Assembly (NCBI GenBank): GCA_050010755.1
Contig: JBEKKK010000004.1
Coordinates: 64,001 to 128,000 of the forward strand
Direction: 5' to 3'
From: Candidatus Bathyarchaeia archaeon
GTDB taxonomy: Archaea; Thermoproteota; Bathyarchaeia; Bathyarchaeales; Bathycorpusculaceae
DNA: 64,000 bases
The position numbers were made by a program, and so were the translations under genes. Each line of letters starts with the position of its first letter. The stretch's first letter is position 1. This document shows, piece by piece, positions 60,755 to 64,000 of this stretch. Under the pieces are notes generated by a model, which was not told the origin of the DNA, did not search any database, and saw only the letters and a program-made list of their open reading frames with translations.

Positions 60755-61933
60755 CTAGAGCGCTTTGAAGGCTTCAAACCATCTGTTGTAGAGCGCCAGC
60801 ATGTCGAGAGACACACTGGGTTTTCTGTCTTCCAGTATCTGTCTGAAGTCGTCCATCGTTAGAGGTCTCGGTTTGGCCTGTTTGTCTTCTGCCTTTCCGG
60901 ACTCGAAGAATTCGCCTATGAGTTTCAGTTGTGCCGATTGGTTGACGTCTCTGATGTCGCTTCCTGAAAATCCTTCTGAAAGCCGTGCTAGCTCGTGCAA
61001 GTCGACGTCAGGCGCCAGCTGTAAGTTGGTCGTGTAGAGTTTGAACATCATCAATCGTGTGTGATGGTCTGGAAGAGGTACGAGAATGCGTTTCTGGAAC
61101 CTCCTTATAAATGCCCAGTCCAAGTCCCAAGGCTTGTTCGTGGCACCGATAACGTAGACGTGCAGGTTCTTGCCCTTGTCCATGATTCCGTCCATCTCTT
61201 TCAAAAACTGGTTCCTTACCCTGATTTCGCCGCCGACTTCGTTCGCGTGTTTGCCCATCATCGAGTCTAATTCGTCGATGAACACTATTGATGGCTTGCC
61301 TTCCAAAGCCGATTTCCTGACCGAGCCGAAGAGTTTGGCCACGTTCTGTTCACCCTCACCGAGCCACTTGGACATCACCGTAGCAGCGTCGATAGACAGA
61401 AAGTTTGCGTCAATCTCTGTGGCGACCGCAGCGGCCAGTAACGTTTTGCCGCAGCCTGGCGGTCCGAACAGCAAGATTCCTCTCGGCCATCCAAGCGGGA
61501 AAAGATCTGGCCTCTGAACCGGGTACACTATAGCCTCTTTCACGGCTTTCTTGGCGGGGTCAAGCCCGACGACTCCGTCCCATTTCACGTTCGGTTTTTC
61601 TATCATTATGAGTTCTTCGTAGGTTGATTTTCCGCCCTCGGTCTTTGTTTCGCCGTCAGCGCCGTTGCATTTGGTTTCGGGCCTCGGCTCGAAGGATGTG
61701 ACGGCGCCCTGTATTGCTTTGATTCGTTCTTGGTAGGCGATTGCTCTTTGTATGTAAACCTTGTTCAGACTGTATTCTGGGTAGAGTTGAACGAGTTGCA
61801 GGAGGCTTTCTATGGCTTTTTGGTACATGGTTATGGCCATGCCTTTCGCCCCCTGCTTATCGAGGCGAACTGCCTCTAGGGCGAAGTTCGTCGCGGACTT
61901 CTCAAGCTCTTGAGACGCGCTCATAACTTTCAT
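60755..61933 (-). CDS. cdvC: Vps4-like AAA ATPase
   Basis: N-terminal MIT domain, GPPGCGKT, SKWLGE, FIDELD, TNKPW, RRFQKR. Confidence 0.95.
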   Translation of the reverse strand: MKVMSASQELEKSATNFALEAVRLDKQGAKGMAITMYQKAIESLLQLVQLYPEYSLNKVYIQRAIAYQERIKAIQGAVTSFEPRPETKCNGADGETKTEGGKSTYEELIMIEKPNVKWDGVVGLDPAKKAVKEAIVYPVQRPDLFPLGWPRGILLFGPPGCGKTLLAAAVATEIDANFLSIDAATVMSKWLGEGEQNVAKLFGSVRKSALEGKPSIVFIDELDSMMGKHANEVGGEIRVRNQFLKEMDGIMDKGKNLHVYVIGATNKPWDLDWAFIRRFQKRILVPLPDHHTRLMMFKLYTTNLQLAPDVDLHELARLSEGFSGSDIRDVNQSAQLKLIGEFFESGKAEDKQAKPRPLTMDDFRQILEDRKPSVSLDMLALYNRWFEAFKAL

Positions 61934-62829
61934 TCTCCAGTTTTCAATTCGATTTTTATTTTTCCTTTTGACCCTAGACTTTCTAGGGCTTTCTCGATAT
62001 CCTCGTTCGAGGTTTCCAAGTCAACTGAGCAACGTTCCATATCGATTTGACCGTTGCTCTTCTTGACGTATTCGAGAATGGCATCCTCCAATTGAGGATT
62101 TTCGAGTTTCAAGGAGATTTCCTTGATTTCGGATTTCTTATAAGAAATGAGGGTTTGGGAAGAATCTCTTCCGGATTCTTCCGAGGTTTTGCTTATCTTC
62201 TTTTCTGAAGAGTTAGACGATAACGCAAGCATTTCTTCCAACGTGGCCCGCTCATTTTCCTGGATTTTCTGAGTAACGGGTGGTTCGGGCAGGTTTTGGG
62301 AGATTCTTTGTTCCAGAAAGCTTGAGACTTGGCTTAGCACTTCTTCGCCGCCTGGCGTCTTTCGGTCTACAGGAATGACTGATTCATCAGCTGTTATCTT
62401 TGCTGAATAGAGCGTTTCGCTTATGGTGTCGTTGACTCTGCTCAGTTCGGATGAAACGTCTGGCAAGAATTGAAAGAGCTCTTGTGATACATTCTGGAGA
62501 AGCTTCAGAGCGGGTTTTAGATCGATTACTATATCGCTCAGTTCCTTAATTGTCTCGAGTCTGAGGATTACTCGCTCGATGGCCAGCTCTACGCTGTGAA
62601 GAAAGCTGATGATCTTGCGAATTTCGGCGATTTCGTTAGCGTAGATTGCCGCACGATCTTTGTTCTTTGCCGTGACAGCTCCGACGCATGTTTGGAAAAG
62701 GATTTTATCTTTTTCTTTAAGTCTGTAACCAGCCTGTTGAAGTTTGCACTGTTGGACTCTGAGAACTCGTATTGATTTGAATGCTGTTTCACGAAGAGGT
62801 GGAGGGCTCGAACGGAAAAATCCTTTGAT
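61930..62829 (-). CDS. cdvB: ESCRT-III CdvB with C-terminal winged helix; probable ATC start
   Basis: Frame open from 62847; Snf7 core RAAIYANEIAEIRK...ERVILRLET lies upstream of the track's TTG start; wH-like C-terminus. Confidence 0.85.
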   Translation of the reverse strand: MKGFFRSSPPPLRETAFKSIRVLRVQQCKLQQAGYRLKEKDKILFQTCVGAVTAKNKDRAAIYANEIAEIRKIISFLHSVELAIERVILRLETIKELSDIVIDLKPALKLLQNVSQELFQFLPDVSSELSRVNDTISETLYSAKITADESVIPVDRKTPGGEEVLSQVSSFLEQRISQNLPEPPVTQKIQENERATLEEMLALSSNSSEKKISKTSEESGRDSSQTLISYKKSEIKEISLKLENPQLEDAILEYVKKSNGQIDMERCSVDLETSNEDIEKALESLGSKGKIKIELKTGE

Positions 62830-62863
62830 GACCCTTCCCTCCGCCCGCTATTCTCGTTCCAGT

Positions 62864-63595
62864 CTATATTCCGGTTTTTCCGATTTCCTTCACGTAAACG
62901 ACTACTGGCGGTTCTGGAAGCTCCGACTCAAGCGGTTTTGGTGGCTCAGGGATCCTGTTCTTCGCCTGTTCAACAGATCTGGAAGAGTCTCCTAGCAGGA
63001 TGCTGGATAGCTTGCTTGTCGTTAGCTCCAAGTCGGTTTTTTTCATGTGAACTCGCTTGATGTTTTCTTGAATCAGTGAAAAAGCGGTCTCGTAGTATTG
63101 GATGTCAACTTTTCCTATCTCGTGTTCGATTTCAAGGTTAACTAGGGCATAGTTTAGTGCCTTTGCCTCCTCGTTACATTCTGAGATTTCGTCGTCTATT
63201 TCTTCTCTCAGAGTCTCTGCTTCGCTCTTGAGCTGAGTGAGAGCGCCATCGAAGGTGCTGTGAAGCTCTGCGTAGAATTCTTTTGGTATTTTCTTTTTCT
63301 CAGAGAGGTCTTTGAGCGCTTGGTCCTTGCGCCAAATGAGGGGAATCTGATCGCTAAGTATGCTTGCTTGAGCCTTTATGTTGGAGATGAGGGTTACCTC
63401 AGAACCGTTGAACCTGATGTTATCTGAACATCGCTTTAGAAATCTTCCATCGCCCAACGCTATGAAGACGCCGTCGAATTTTCCACTCGGGGTCACTGCA
63501 AAAGAGGCTATCTTACCTATCGGACGTCCGTACTCGTCGTTGATTTGTTTTCCTACAGAAAGAAAAAGGTTGGGGTTTTGTGACATCTTTTTCAT
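62864..63595 (-). CDS. cdvA: Cell division protein CdvA
   Basis: PRC-barrel-like VGKQINDEYGRPIG, coiled coil, C-terminal beta-strand PVVVYV. Confidence 0.88.
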   Translation of the reverse strand: MKKMSQNPNLFLSVGKQINDEYGRPIGKIASFAVTPSGKFDGVFIALGDGRFLKRCSDNIRFNGSEVTLISNIKAQASILSDQIPLIWRKDQALKDLSEKKKIPKEFYAELHSTFDGALTQLKSEAETLREEIDDEISECNEEAKALNYALVNLEIEHEIGKVDIQYYETAFSLIQENIKRVHMKKTDLELTTSKLSSILLGDSSRSVEQAKNRIPEPPKPLESELPEPPVVVYVKEIGKTGI

Positions 63596-63604
63596 CCCCT
63601 ATGT

Positions 63605-64000
63605 TTACGAAGTCTCGGTTGACGATTTTTCGCTTACAGGGGCCGTTGGTAGTCCCGGTATTCCTGGTGGCAGATCTGGGAACTTCTCTTTGACTCTCTG
63701 TTCTGCGACTGTTGCTGCTTCTGTGAGAATTTTGCCTGCATCTTCGTTCACGTTGTCGAAGTTCAACGTCATTCCAGAGCCTGTTCCTGCTTCCATCATT
63801 ATTCCGCTCAGCATGTTGCCGATTTCGCCTAGTTCGCTCTCTGCTTCGGGGAAAACGCTAACTAATCCTGCTCTGACCGATCTCAAGACTCCGACTGCGG
63901 GGCCTAACGTTGAGACTACGTCTCCGAGTTCTGATACGGTGCGTAATCTTAACACGATCTGTTCGAGTGCAAGCCTTGCGTTTATGATAAGTTTCTCCAT
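63605..64000 (-). CDS. Second ESCRT-III (Snf7/CdvB1-2-like) paralog, 5'-truncated
   Basis: LALEQIVLRLRTVSELGD...PEAE...AGKILTEA...KFPDLP (MIM-like); no wH domain. Confidence 0.88.
   Translation of the reverse strand: MEKLIINARLALEQIVLRLRTVSELGDVVSTLGPAVGVLRSVRAGLVSVFPEAESELGEIGNMLSGIMMEAGTGSGMTLNFDNVNEDAGKILTEAATVAEQRVKEKFPDLPPGIPGLPTAPVSEKSSTETS

Noticed and set aside
248-63000. Many antisense or alternate-frame ORFs in the track (e.g. 8703..9179, 26938..27447, 30352..30849, 33403..33867, 44090..44605)
   Set aside because: Shadows of confident genes with no motifs
1-64000. CRISPR array, cas genes, transposase, integrase or rRNA
   Set aside because: No regularly spaced short repeats or recognisable motifs seen; repeats present are intragenic domain duplications

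Overview
Archaeal chromosome segment, most consistent with Bathyarchaeia (TACK). This is inferred from the co-occurrence of a Cdv/ESCRT-III division cluster, the H4MPT C1 genes fwdDBAC and mch without mcr, intron-containing tRNAs and several cohesin/dockerin surface proteins. It holds about 55 CDS (housekeeping pyrH, valS, rio2, Sm, alkA, nadX; C1/Mo-W cofactor genes; a stand-alone nurA-herA pair), tRNA-Tyr with two introns, tRNA-Lys with one intron, and a TPP riboswitch ahead of thiT. The most notable unexplained signals are: (1) a long hairpin downstream of cdvC containing a correctly oriented bulge-helix-bulge motif, predicted to release an 80-nt RNA with a CU-rich, anti-SD-like loop; (2) four related beta-hairpin/winged-helix proteins clustered beside nurA-herA; (3) three adjacent Pol-beta-like nucleotidyltransferase paralogs next to mobB; (4) two genes, including cdvB, with no ATG/GTG/TTG start; (5) a tRNA-Tyr 3'-end duplicate bracketing a surface-protein gene; (6) an OSTC/DC2-like membrane protein. 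All assignments come from motif reading by eye; no searches or folding programs were run.
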